A DNA stretch of 64,000 nt from Collinsella sp. (lineage in GTDB: Bacteria > Actinomycetota > Coriobacteriia > Coriobacteriales > Coriobacteriaceae): assembly GCA_052346145.1 (NCBI GenBank), contig DAWDVX010000002.1, forward strand, positions 6,671 to 70,670, written 5' to 3'. A program made the position numbers and the translations under genes. The notes beneath the pieces were generated by a model. The model had not been told where the DNA came from. It was given only the letters and a program-made list of their open reading frames with translations, and made no database searches. Numbering within the stretch: position 1 is the first letter of the stretch; every line of letters starts with the position of its first letter. Below are positions 28,771 to 38,386 of the stretch, piece by piece.

Positions 28771-28900
28771 GGACCTGGCCGGGCGAGGCGGGTAAGTTTT
28801 TCGTTCGGTCAGGTCCTGGGCTCGCTCGGAAAGCACATTAAGTGCTTTCCGGCTCGTGCGGAATCTACGAAAAACTTACCCGCCTCGCCCGGCCAGGTCC
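28771..28900. repeat. 130-bp palindromic element (34-bp perfect outer IR plus inner hairpin)
   Basis: Arms at 28771-28804 and 28867-28900; inner GGAAAGCAC-ATTAA-GTGCTTTCC. Confidence 0.85.
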
Positions 28901-28966
28901 TGCGGTGACTTGCTTGCCGCCTAGATGGCGTCTTGGCGTCTAGATACTTGGCTGTTTTTTTGGAAT

Positions 28967-29000
28967 GAAGGGGGCTCCTTGTTGGCAAGGAGCCCCCTTC
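28967..29000. terminator. Hairpin terminator between the Cof gene and polA
   Basis: GAAGGGGGCTCCTTG/CAAGGAGCCCCCTTC perfect stem. Confidence 0.7.
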
Positions 29001-29034
29001 TGCTTTTAGTTACTTTGGAATTGTGAGCGCTTCC

Positions 29035-31785
29035 CTATTTGGCGTCGGCCCAGGTTATGCCGGTGCTGGCTTCGGCGATTAGGGGGACGCGGAGGTCTAC
29101 TACGTGTTCCATGACGTCGCGGACCATGGTGGTTAGGCGCTCGGCTTCGTCGACGGGGCACTCAAAGTCCAGTTCGTCGTGCACTTGCAGGATCATGTGG
29201 GCGGCAAAGCCTTCTTCTTCCAGGCGACGGCTTACGCGGGCCATGGCGATCTTGATGATGTCGGCGGCGGTTCCCTGCATGGGGTGGTTCATAGCCGTGC
29301 GCTCGCCAAAGCCGCGGAGTTGCGGGTTTTTGGCCTTGAGCTCAGGAATATGACGACGGCGGCCATACATGGTCTCGGCGTAGCCCGTCTGCTTGGCGCG
29401 CGCCACCACGTTGTCGAGGAACGTACGCACGCCCGGGTAGGCCTCGTAGTAGCGGTCGATCATGTCGCGCGCCTCGGCCATCGAGATATGCAGCGACTGC
29501 GACAGACCGTAGGCCTGCTGGCCGTACACGATGCCAAAGTTCACGGCCTTGGCGCGACTGCGCAGGTCGGGCGTTACCTCGGACACCGGCACACCGAACA
29601 CGCGCGCCGCCGTCTCGGCATGGAAGTCCTCGCCCTCGTTAAAGGCGCGCACCAAGTGCTCGTCACCTGAGAGATGCGCCAGCAGACGCAGCTCGATCTG
29701 CGAGTAGTCCACCGCCAAAAAGACGCTTCCCTCGCCTGCCGAAAACGCCGTCTTGACGGTACGACCCAGCTCCGAGCGCGTCGGGATGTTCTGCAGGTTC
29801 GGGTCGCTCGAGGACAGACGCCCCGTTGCCGTGATGGTCTGGTTGTACGTAGTGTGTACGCGACCGTCACCACGGCGTAGCGGGCCCAGCGTGTCCAGAT
29901 AGGTGGACTTGATCTTAGACTTCTCACGCCAGTCCAAGATCAGACGCACGATTTCGTGGTCACGCGCAAGGTCGCTCAGCACCTTGGCGTTGGTCGAATA
30001 ATAGCCGCGCTTAGTCTTCTTGAGGCCCTTGGTCGGAAGGCCCATCACATCAAAGAGCACATGCGAGAGCTGCATGGGGCTGCCGATGTTAAAGGTCTCG
30101 TCACCGGCAAGGTTGCGAATGCTTCGCTCAACTTCGGTGATCTGGGTCGCCAGGCCCTCGGACAGGCTGCGCAGTCGATCGGGATCCACGAGCATGCCCG
30201 CGCGCTCCATCTTGGCGAGCACCGGCACAAGCGGCATCTCGATGCCGTCGAACACGTTAGCGGCGTTCTCACGGGCCATGCGATCGCGCAGCGGCGCGAC
30301 CAGCGCCAGCGTTAAGGCAGCCGTGCGAGCGGCGGGCGCAGGAGCGTCCTCGCCGGCACCCTCTGCGCCGCGTGCCGCGGGCAGCGACATCTGCAGATAG
30401 GTATCAGCCAGATACGCCTCATCAAACTCGGAGCGGTCGGAATCCAGCAGGTAGGCGGCAACCACGGTATCGAAGATACGCGTGGAATCGGCAGCGAGCG
30501 GATCCATGAGCTCGGGCTCAGAGGAATCGATGGGCGAAAGCTCGTGCAACAGCGCCTTCATATCCGGGCTCGTCACGCGGCCTTCCATAAACAGGCGCGC
30601 GAGCACACCAGCGATCACGCCGTGGGCAAAATTGAAGCCCTCGACAGCGGCAGGCGCGCCGCCATCGGCTTCCTCGAGCGCAAAGAGCCCCTTGGACGTC
30701 GCCAGCCACAGCGTACGCGTCAGGCCAAAGAGCGCACCCTCCTCCTTGTCATCGTCCACCACGGCGGCAACCCACTCGCCCGCCTCGATCGTGCGAGCGA
30801 TCTCGGCGGCAGCGGCAGCGAGCGCCTCGGCATCGCCGGCGGCAGCGCGCGAAACCGCGGGCATCTCGAACGCGCTGGCGGTGGCCGCAGCCCCGCCTTC
30901 GCCGCCAATCAGCGCCAAGAAACGGTTCTGCATGGCGGTGATACCAAGCGTACCCAGCGCCGCGGAGACCTCGTCGGCAGAAAACGCCGGAAAGGACGTC
31001 GCCTCAAAGTCGAGCTCAACAGGCGCATCGGTGCGAATGGTCGCAACCTTGCGGCTCAGCAGTGCGTCGTCGATGTGCGCACGCAGGTTCTCGCCCATCT
31101 TGCCCTTGACCTCGTCGGCATGCGCGATGACCTCGTCCAAGCTGCCGTACTGCGCGATGAGCGCGCTCGCCTTTTTGGGGCCGATGCCCGGTACGCCGGG
31201 AATGTTGTCCGACGTATCGCCCTTCAGGCCGTAAAAATCGGGCACGAGCGCCGGCGTAATGCCGTGATACAGGTCATCCACGCTCTCGGGCGTCATGATT
31301 GCCACGTCGGACAGGCCCTTACGAGTCGAGACCACGTTGACATGCTCGGTCACAAGCTGATACATGTCGCGGTCGCCGGTCACCAGCAGCATGTCGCAGC
31401 CGGCCTCCTCACCCAGGCGCGCCATGGTTCCCAGGATATCGTCGCCTTCCCAGCCCTCAGACTGCAGAATCGGCACGTTGAGCGCACCGAGCAGCTCCTT
31501 GATCATAGGGAACTGCGCGTGCAGATCGGGGTCCATGGGCGGGCGCTGCGCCTTATACTGCGGCAGCATCTCCATGCGCACGCGCGGTTTGCCCTTGTCA
31601 AACGCCACGACGACGCCGTCGGGGTTAAAGGCATCGATCATCTTAAGAAACATGTTCAGAAAGCCAAAGATCGCGTTGGTGGGGCGACCGTCCGGCGCGT
31701 TCATAGTCGGCGGCACGGCGTGGAAGGCGCGATGCATGAGCGAGTTGCCGTCGATAACGGCAAAGGTGCGGCGCTTGTCAGACAT
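29035..31785 (-). CDS. polA: DNA polymerase I
   Basis: IDGNSLMHRAFHA (5' nuclease), TGRLSSSDPNLQNIP, DYSQIELR, KAVNFGIVYG, LQVHDEL. Confidence 0.97.
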   Translation of the reverse strand: MSDKRRTFAVIDGNSLMHRAFHAVPPTMNAPDGRPTNAIFGFLNMFLKMIDAFNPDGVVVAFDKGKPRVRMEMLPQYKAQRPPMDPDLHAQFPMIKELLGALNVPILQSEGWEGDDILGTMARLGEEAGCDMLLVTGDRDMYQLVTEHVNVVSTRKGLSDVAIMTPESVDDLYHGITPALVPDFYGLKGDTSDNIPGVPGIGPKKASALIAQYGSLDEVIAHADEVKGKMGENLRAHIDDALLSRKVATIRTDAPVELDFEATSFPAFSADEVSAALGTLGITAMQNRFLALIGGEGGAAATASAFEMPAVSRAAAGDAEALAAAAAEIARTIEAGEWVAAVVDDDKEEGALFGLTRTLWLATSKGLFALEEADGGAPAAVEGFNFAHGVIAGVLARLFMEGRVTSPDMKALLHELSPIDSSEPELMDPLAADSTRIFDTVVAAYLLDSDRSEFDEAYLADTYLQMSLPAARGAEGAGEDAPAPAARTAALTLALVAPLRDRMARENAANVFDGIEMPLVPVLAKMERAGMLVDPDRLRSLSEGLATQITEVERSIRNLAGDETFNIGSPMQLSHVLFDVMGLPTKGLKKTKRGYYSTNAKVLSDLARDHEIVRLILDWREKSKIKSTYLDTLGPLRRGDGRVHTTYNQTITATGRLSSSDPNLQNIPTRSELGRTVKTAFSAGEGSVFLAVDYSQIELRLLAHLSGDEHLVRAFNEGEDFHAETAARVFGVPVSEVTPDLRSRAKAVNFGIVYGQQAYGLSQSLHISMAEARDMIDRYYEAYPGVRTFLDNVVARAKQTGYAETMYGRRRHIPELKAKNPQLRGFGERTAMNHPMQGTAADIIKIAMARVSRRLEEEGFAAHMILQVHDELDFECPVDEAERLTTMVRDVMEHVVDLRVPLIAEASTGITWADAK

Positions 31786-31951
31786 ATTGAATACCTCGCT
31801 TTGGGCTGGGCACGGTTTGCTCACACCAGTTTACACGCTCCCCGCCCCGCGACCACTGCACATCAAGCTCCCCTGCCGCCGCGAGCCCGCGCGTGATACG
31901 ATGGCTCACGGTACATCAACCAGCACGATCGATCCGAAAGGAGCCTGCGTC

Positions 31952-33349
31952 ATGGAGCGTCCCTGCGCATGGAAAAAGTACACGCCACAGCAAGTCGAAG
32001 AGCTCGAGGAGCTTTGCCGCGGCTATAAGCAGTTTTTGAGCGAGAACAAGACCGAGCGCCTGTGCGTCAAGACCGGTATCAAGATGGCCGAGGAGGCGGG
32101 CTACGTCAACCTGGAGACCGTGATCGCCGAGGGCCGCGAGCTCATGGCAGGCGACAAAGTGTACGCTGCCAACCACGGCAAGGACCTTATGCTCGTCAAC
32201 CTGGGCACCGCCCCGCTCGAGCAGGGCTTTAACATCCTGGGCGCCCACGTGGACTCGCCGCGCCTGGACCTTAAGCAGAACCCCGCCTTCGAGGCCGGCG
32301 ACATGGCCTACCTCGACACGCACTACTACGGCGGCGTCAAGAGCTACCACTGGGTAGCCTCCCCGCTCGCACTCGTGGGCGTCATCTGCAAAAAGGACGG
32401 CACCACCGTCGATATCAACATAGGCGACAAGGCGGACGACCCGGTCTTTACCATCTCCGACCTGCTGATTCACCTCTCGAGCGAGCAGATGTCCAAGCCT
32501 GCCAAGGACGCCGTCGACGCCGAGATCCTCGACGTGATCGTGGGCGGCCGTCCCGTCAAGTTCGATGAGGACGACAAGGACGCCCCCAAGGAGCCCGTCA
32601 AGCAAATGTTCCTGGACATCCTCAAGGAGCAGTATGACGTCGAGGAGGAGGACTTCCTCTCCGCCGAAATCGAGGTCGTGCCCGCCGGTCCCGCCCGCGA
32701 CATGGGCCTCGACCGCTCCATGATTCTGGGCTATGGCCACGACGACCGCGTCTGCGCTTACCCCTCCATGCTTGCCCAGATCGACGTCGCCAACGTGGAG
32801 CGCACAAGCATCACGCTCATCGTCGACAAGGAGGAGATCGGCTCCGTGGGTGCCACCGGTATGACGAGCCGCTTCTTCGAGAACACCGTCGCCGAGATCA
32901 TGACGCTCGCCGGCGAGGATAGCCCGCTGGCCCTGCGCCGCACACTCGCCCGCAGCCGCATGCTCTCCTCCGACGTGTCTGCCGGCTTCGACCCGGGCTA
33001 TGCCGGCAAGTTCGAAACCAAGAACGCCGCCTTTATGGGTCGTGGTCTGTGCTTTAACAAGTACACGGGCAGTCGCGGCAAGGGCGGTTCAAACGACGCC
33101 GACGCCGAGTACGTGGCCCTCGTCCGCGACATCATGGACGAGGCCGGCGTGGACTTCCAGACCTGCGAGCTCGGCCGCGTCAACGCTGGTGGCGGCGGCA
33201 CCATCGCCTACATCATGGCCAAGTACGGCATGAACGTCATCGACTCCGGCGTTGCCGTCCTGTCCATGCACGCCCTGTGGGAGGTCGCCAACAAGGCCGA
33301 CATCTACGAGGCATATCGCGGTTACAAGGCCTTCATCGAGCGAGCCTAA
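31952..33349 (+). CDS. M18 family aminopeptidase (ApeA-like)
   Basis: AHVDSPRLDLK, THYYGG, YGHDDR, DKEEIGS, GGGGTIA, LSMHA. Confidence 0.92.
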   Translation: MERPCAWKKYTPQQVEELEELCRGYKQFLSENKTERLCVKTGIKMAEEAGYVNLETVIAEGRELMAGDKVYAANHGKDLMLVNLGTAPLEQGFNILGAHVDSPRLDLKQNPAFEAGDMAYLDTHYYGGVKSYHWVASPLALVGVICKKDGTTVDINIGDKADDPVFTISDLLIHLSSEQMSKPAKDAVDAEILDVIVGGRPVKFDEDDKDAPKEPVKQMFLDILKEQYDVEEEDFLSAEIEVVPAGPARDMGLDRSMILGYGHDDRVCAYPSMLAQIDVANVERTSITLIVDKEEIGSVGATGMTSRFFENTVAEIMTLAGEDSPLALRRTLARSRMLSSDVSAGFDPGYAGKFETKNAAFMGRGLCFNKYTGSRGKGGSNDADAEYVALVRDIMDEAGVDFQTCELGRVNAGGGGTIAYIMAKYGMNVIDSGVAVLSMHALWEVANKADIYEAYRGYKAFIERA

Positions 33350-33362
33350 CCAACCCTTCATC

Positions 33363-33429
33363 AGTTGCGGTGAAATACGGACTAAACTGGCCCATAAACG
33401 GCCAAAACAGACCGTATTCCACCGCAACT
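33363..33429. repeat. 67-bp inverted-repeat element, copy 3
   Basis: AGTTGCGGTGAAATACGG...CCGTATTCCACCGCAACT, exactly 67 bp. Confidence 0.8.
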
Positions 33430-33449
33430 TTTTTGGCAGAGGAGAGTCC

Positions 33450-34259
33450 ATGCTGCAGGTCATCATTTCGCCCGCCAAGCAGATGCGCGCGGCCCAAGAT
33501 GCTTTTGAAGTCCTGGGCATCCCACCCTTTGCGCGCGAGACGGCTCGCCTCCACCGCGCACTGCTAGATATCGAGCGGAATGAAGGCAGCGGCGGCCTGC
33601 AGGCGCTGTGGAACGTGAGTGACAAACTGCTGGGACCTTGCCTCAACACACTGCATGAGTTCTGGCCCATCCTGAAAAGCGGCGATCTCGACAATCCCGC
33701 ACTCGCCCGTCACCTCTCCCCTGCCGTCATGTCCTATCACGGCATTCAATACCAGAGCATGGCACCCGAGGTGATGGATTCCGCACAGCTCGCATGGCTG
33801 CAAGACCATCTGTGGATCCTCTCCGGCCTCTACGGGTGCGTTCGTCCCTTTCATGCCGTCGAACCGTATCGGCTGGAGATGGGCGCGAAGCTTGTCGTCG
33901 ACGGTGCCCGAGACCTCTACGCATTTTGGAGCGATAAGCTCGCGCGGGCTATCGCCCCGGCAGGCTCAAACACCACGATCGTCAACCTCGCCAGCGTAGA
34001 GTATGCCAAAGCCGTTCTGCCCCACCTCGCGGGCGACGCCACAGCCGTCACATGCCTCTTTGGCGAGGGCATCCGCAACGGGAAGCCCATCCAACAGTCG
34101 ACCGCCAGCAAAAAGGCGCGCGGCTCCATGGTGCGGTGGATGGCAGAAAACAAGCTCGAGGATGCAAGCGAACTTACCGCATTCAATATCGGCTATCGGC
34201 ACATCCCCGAGCTTTCAGACAAAAACACCCTGGTTTTCATGAACGCGCAGGCACTATAG
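33450..34259 (+). CDS. yaaA: Peroxide stress protein YaaA family
   Basis: ISPAKQM, ILSGLYG, PYRLEMG, NLASVEY, KKARGSM. Confidence 0.9.
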   Translation: MLQVIISPAKQMRAAQDAFEVLGIPPFARETARLHRALLDIERNEGSGGLQALWNVSDKLLGPCLNTLHEFWPILKSGDLDNPALARHLSPAVMSYHGIQYQSMAPEVMDSAQLAWLQDHLWILSGLYGCVRPFHAVEPYRLEMGAKLVVDGARDLYAFWSDKLARAIAPAGSNTTIVNLASVEYAKAVLPHLAGDATAVTCLFGEGIRNGKPIQQSTASKKARGSMVRWMAENKLEDASELTAFNIGYRHIPELSDKNTLVFMNAQAL

Positions 34260-34282
34260 GCCCGCCGTTTCCAAACACCCCG

Positions 34283-34798
34283 TTACTCCGCCAAGCCATC
34301 GGCCTTTGCAATCTCGCTCGTCGAGCCATCTTGGTAGGTAATCTTAACGTGCTCTACGTCGGATACCGTAACGCCCGACGGAGGTTCCAGACGCCACTCC
34401 GTCAGAGCGATATCCATGGTCGTGGGCACATCGCCCTGATCTTTGAGCTTCACCATGAGTGTTTTGAGTGCCTCATCAAACGTCACGCGTTCGATTTCTT
34501 CGCCCGGAATAGACCCGCCGCTCAACTGCAGCTGCACAAACTCGTCGCGCGGATACCAATAGTCGCCCGGTGCGGCAACCGTGTTGCCACCAGAAACTTT
34601 CATGGTCATAATCGGCAGGGCATCGTCGGCTTCAAACCCCCAGGTGACGCCGCCACGACCGCCGAACGTCCAAATACAAAAGGCAATCACCAACACGGCA
34701 AGCACCGCAAAACCAATCGCGACAAGGCCATGGTGCGCACGGCTTTCCTCGGCCGATACATCCCATTGTGTCTCTCGATATAGATGCTTGTCTTCCAT
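34283..34798 (-). CDS. Hypothetical single-pass membrane protein (171 aa)
   Basis: GGAGG RBS, MEDKHLY..., one hydrophobic helix followed by a soluble domain. Confidence 0.6.
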   Translation of the reverse strand: MEDKHLYRETQWDVSAEESRAHHGLVAIGFAVLAVLVIAFCIWTFGGRGGVTWGFEADDALPIMTMKVSGGNTVAAPGDYWYPRDEFVQLQLSGGSIPGEEIERVTFDEALKTLMVKLKDQGDVPTTMDIALTEWRLEPPSGVTVSDVEHVKITYQDGSTSEIAKADGLAE

Positions 34799-34865
34799 GT
34801 TCGCCTCCCCACAGGCACGCTTGTTGGCCCAATCGTACCCATTCAGGCTATACTTGAGCCCACCA

Positions 34866-34963
34866 CATAAACGGGGAGCTTGCAGGACAAGACGGCAGGC
34901 TGAGACTGGGCGCGCCCGCCCTGACCCGCAAACCTGATATGGGTAATGCCAACGAAGGGAGCC
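34866..34963 (+). promoter_or_regulatory. TPP riboswitch
   Basis: GGGGAGC...GCTGAGA...GACCC...ACCTGAT..GGTAATGCC.ACGAAGGGAG directly upstream of thiC; the 3' strand overlaps the RBS, consistent with translational control. Confidence 0.93.
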
Positions 34964-34969
34964 GTGCCA

Positions 34970-36304
34970 ATGAGCACACAGACCGAGCCCAAGCTCGTCA
35001 CGCAAATCGACTTCGCCCGCGCCGGGCAGATCACACCGCAGATGAAGGAGGTCGCCGAGCGCGAGCATCGCGACCCCGAGTACATCCGCGAGCGCGTGGC
35101 CGACGGCCGCATCGCCATTCCCGCCAACATCGTGCACATCAAAAAGGGCATGCGCGCCTTTGGCGTCGGTGAGGGCTTGTCCACCAAGGTCAACGTGAAC
35201 CTGGGCATCTCGGGCGACAAGGCCGATGCCGCCGAGGAATGGAAGAAGGTCAAGATCGCCGAGGACTTTGGCGCCGACGCCATCATGGACCTCTCCAACT
35301 CGGGCAAGACGCGCCAGTTCCGCCAGCAGCTCATCGACGAGACGCCGCTCATGGTAGGCACCGTCCCCATGTACGATGCCATCGGCTACATGGAAAAGCC
35401 GCTGGTCAAGCTCACCAAGGACGACCTGTTCGAAGTCGTGCGCGCGCATGCCGAGGACGGCGTGGACTTTATGACCATTCACTGCGGCATCAACAAGTCG
35501 GTCACCAAGACCTTTAAGGAGACCGGCCGCCTGATGAACATCGTGAGCCGCGGTGGCTCACTGCTGTTTGGCTGGATGGAGGTCACCGGTAACGAGAACC
35601 CGTTCTATGAGTTCTACGACGAATTGCTCGAGATTTGCCACGAGTACGACGTGACGATTTCGCTCGGCGACTCCTGCCGCCCGGGCTGCCTCTACGACTC
35701 CAACGACGCCACCGAGACCGCTGAGATGATCGAGCTGGGCAAGCTGTGCAAGCGCGCTTGGGCCGCCGGCGTCCAGGTCATGGTCGAGGGCCCGGGTCAC
35801 ATGGCGCTCGACGAGATCGCCGCCAACATGAAACTGCAGAAGCGCCTGTGCCACAATGCTCCGTTCTATGTGCTCGGGCCGCTGGTGACCGATATCGGCG
35901 TTGGTTACGACCACATCACCGCTGCCATCGGCGGCGCCATCTCCGCCAGCTCCGGTGCCGACTTCCTGTGCTACGTGACACCGGCAGAGCACCTATGCCT
36001 GCCCAACGCCCAGGATGTGCTCGACGGCCTCATGGCCACCAAAATCGCCGCACACGCCGCCGACATCGCCAAAAAGGTGCCCCACGCCCGCGACATGGAC
36101 GACAAGATGGGCCAGGCACGCCGCAAGCTCGACTGGGACGCCATGTGGAAGTGCGCGCTCGACCCGGTTACGGGCAAGAAGCGCTACGAGGAGTCCCCCG
36201 CCGCCACCGAGGGCACTTGCACCATGTGTGGCAAGATGTGCGCCGTCCGCACCGTCAACAAGATCTTCGAGGGCACCACGATCGACCTCGGCATGGAGGA
36301 CTAG
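34970..36304 (+). CDS. thiC: Phosphomethylpyrimidine synthase
   Basis: TKVNVNLG, IMDLS, TIHCG, IVSRGGS, EGPGH, YDHIT, YVTPAEHL, CTMCGKMC. Confidence 0.97.
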   Translation: MSTQTEPKLVTQIDFARAGQITPQMKEVAEREHRDPEYIRERVADGRIAIPANIVHIKKGMRAFGVGEGLSTKVNVNLGISGDKADAAEEWKKVKIAEDFGADAIMDLSNSGKTRQFRQQLIDETPLMVGTVPMYDAIGYMEKPLVKLTKDDLFEVVRAHAEDGVDFMTIHCGINKSVTKTFKETGRLMNIVSRGGSLLFGWMEVTGNENPFYEFYDELLEICHEYDVTISLGDSCRPGCLYDSNDATETAEMIELGKLCKRAWAAGVQVMVEGPGHMALDEIAANMKLQKRLCHNAPFYVLGPLVTDIGVGYDHITAAIGGAISASSGADFLCYVTPAEHLCLPNAQDVLDGLMATKIAAHAADIAKKVPHARDMDDKMGQARRKLDWDAMWKCALDPVTGKKRYEESPAATEGTCTMCGKMCAVRTVNKIFEGTTIDLGMED

Positions 36305-36486
36305 CCCTGTCGCCGCGGCCGCTTCTGGCGGCGAACTGGTGCCTGTCAATTGTTGACGTGTGAACATTTGCTTGCATTTGCGTAAAGATTGCATCGCCCG
36401 CCCGGGTTCGACATAGAGTCGGCCCGGGCATCTTTATAATGCTGGCTTATAGACCCATTTGATTCCGACCGAACAAGGGAGCGAAC

Positions 36487-37317
36487 ATGGATCGCAGTAA
36501 GGTACCTGCCGTTCTATCCATCGCAGGATCCGATTCCAGCGGTGGCGCCGGCATTCAGGCCGACATCAAGACCATCACGGCGCACCGCCTGTATGCCGAG
36601 ACGGCTATTACCGCTATCACCGCACAGAACACCCTGGGCGTCACCGCCGTACAGAACATCTCCCCGGATATTGTCGCGGCGCAGATCGATGCCGTTTTTG
36701 ACGATATCCGCCCCAACGCCGTCAAGATTGGCATGGTTTCCTCTGCCGAGATTATCGATGTTATCGCCGACCGCCTGAGCGCCTGGAACGCGACAAACGT
36801 GGTAGTCGACCCCGTCATGGTCGCCACCTCGGGCGCACGGCTGATTGCCGAAGATGCCGCCGAGGCGCTCACCCGCCGCCTGTTCCCGCTAGCGACGGTT
36901 ATCACGCCCAATATTCCCGAGGCCATGGCCCTGCTCGACTACGAGGTCGACTCCGAGCGCACGCAGCAAAATGCTGCCATGCTCCTCACCCGCCGCTTTG
37001 GTTGCGCATCCCTCGTTAAGGGTGGGCATCTTGTCAACGAGGCCAACGATGTACTGGCCGAACCCGCGCCACTCGATGACGAGGGCAACCATCTGGGAGA
37101 TCCACTCACCACGTGGTTCCGCCACAAGCGCATCGAGACCGACAACACACACGGCACCGGCTGCACGCTCTCGTCCGCCATCGCCTGCGCGCTGGCGCAG
37201 GGCATGGATCTTGCCGACGCCGTCAACGCGGGCAAGGCCTACCTAACGGGCGCCCTCGCCGCCGGCTTTGACATGGGCAAAGGTTCCGGCCCCGTCAATC
37301 ACATGTGGCAGTATTAA
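36487..37317 (+). CDS. thiD: Hydroxymethylpyrimidine/phosphomethylpyrimidine kinase
   Basis: AGSDSSGGAGIQAD, TAQNT, VKIGM, DPVMVA, KGGH, THGTGCTLSSAIA. Confidence 0.95.
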   Translation: MDRSKVPAVLSIAGSDSSGGAGIQADIKTITAHRLYAETAITAITAQNTLGVTAVQNISPDIVAAQIDAVFDDIRPNAVKIGMVSSAEIIDVIADRLSAWNATNVVVDPVMVATSGARLIAEDAAEALTRRLFPLATVITPNIPEAMALLDYEVDSERTQQNAAMLLTRRFGCASLVKGGHLVNEANDVLAEPAPLDDEGNHLGDPLTTWFRHKRIETDNTHGTGCTLSSAIACALAQGMDLADAVNAGKAYLTGALAAGFDMGKGSGPVNHMWQY

Positions 37318-37330
37318 GATTCGCAGCCCA

Positions 37331-37367
37331 AACCACCGCAAAGGGGACAGGCACCTTTGCGGTGGTT
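37331..37367. repeat. Hairpin AACCACCGCAAAGG/CCTTTGCGGTGGTT (REP-like or terminator)
   Basis: 14-bp perfect stem; partial direct copy CCACCGCAAGGGG at 37611-37623 on the other side of the array. Confidence 0.6.
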
Positions 37368-37377
37368 CCCACAAACA

Positions 37378-37593
37378 TCTCGATCCGTAACAGTTAGAGC
37401 CCATTTTTCGGCTCACCTGTTACAGATTGAGACATTCAAATTCCGCAGAGAAGAAAATCTCGATCTGTAACAGTAACTCGGCAAAATCGACCCTAGATGT
37501 TACAGATCGAGACAAACGACCGATATCGACCTAAATAATCTCAATCTGTAACATCTAGCCCGTTTTCGGCCTTACAGCTGTTACAGATCAAGA
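37378..37593. repeat. Array of six 15-bp motifs (TCTCGATCTGTAACA) in alternating orientation with 25-26-nt spacers
   Basis: Motifs start at 37378, 37418(rc), 37458, 37498(rc), 37539 and 37579(rc). Confidence 0.9.
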
Positions 37594-37648
37594 CAAGCCA
37601 ACGAAACAAGCCACCGCAAGGGGAACTTTTGTACTGCTTTGGGTCGCG

Positions 37649-38308
37649 CTACTCACCAAGCATCTCTTGGAGCTTGGCTGCCACGGCATGGCCCAGGCTC
37701 TCGTGGCTTTCGGGCATCATGTGCAGATAATCGATATCGCCCGGCTCGGCAAAATCAGCGGCATTCAAAAAGTCGCAGCCAAACTGTTTAGCAGCATACG
37801 CATAGTATTCGGCAAAATGCTCCGAGGCCTCGACGGAGCGCTCGTCAAAGTCGGTCATGTACACATCGGCGATCTGCGGTTTAATCTTGATAGGCGCCAT
37901 CAGCAGAATACGCGGGCAGGGCGCGGCTTCGGTCCAGGGAAACGCGCGGACGGTGCGAATCAGCGCCATGGCACCGTCAGCGATATCGGCAGCCCCCACG
38001 CTAAAGACCGTCTTGCAGTCGTTGGTGCCCAGCATAATCACGATCGCATCCAGCGGCTTATGAGCCTCGAGCAGCATCGGAAGTGCGCGGATGCCGTTAA
38101 GATTGGTGTCCAGATGGCACATGTCGTCGCGTACCGTCGTGCGGCCGTTGAGGCCTTCTTCAATTACATGCCAGCCCTCGCCTAAGTCACGTTGGGCCAC
38201 GCCGCACCAGCGCACATCCTGCGCATAGCGCACCGCGGTGCCGTCGCGCATGCCCGCCGGATCGTAACCATAGGTGTTGCTGTCGCCAAAGCATAGAACG
38301 TTTTTCAT
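37649..38308 (-). CDS. SGNH/GDSL hydrolase (arylesterase-like)
   Basis: FGDSNTYG, EEGLNGRTT, MLGTND, DYLH. Confidence 0.9.
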   Translation of the reverse strand: MKNVLCFGDSNTYGYDPAGMRDGTAVRYAQDVRWCGVAQRDLGEGWHVIEEGLNGRTTVRDDMCHLDTNLNGIRALPMLLEAHKPLDAIVIMLGTNDCKTVFSVGAADIADGAMALIRTVRAFPWTEAAPCPRILLMAPIKIKPQIADVYMTDFDERSVEASEHFAEYYAYAAKQFGCDFLNAADFAEPGDIDYLHMMPESHESLGHAVAAKLQEMLGE

Positions 38309-38386
38309 CGTAAGCCCCTCGCTCAGTAAAAAGCCGACGGAAGCAGCCTCTCCCGCCGGCTCGACCTATCTGTCAGCACGTACCGA

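Noticed and set aside
31364..31951. 661-aa N-terminally extended aminopeptidase
   Set aside because: The extension is antisense to polA; the real start is ATG 31952 after AAAGGAG.
34799..35482. 399-aa minus-strand ORF overlapping thiC
   Set aside because: It is an antisense shadow of thiC and the TPP riboswitch; only the part from ATG 34798 looks coding.
37378..37593. CRISPR array
   Set aside because: Repeats are only 15 bp and alternate in orientation, some spacers resemble each other, and no cas gene or leader is present.
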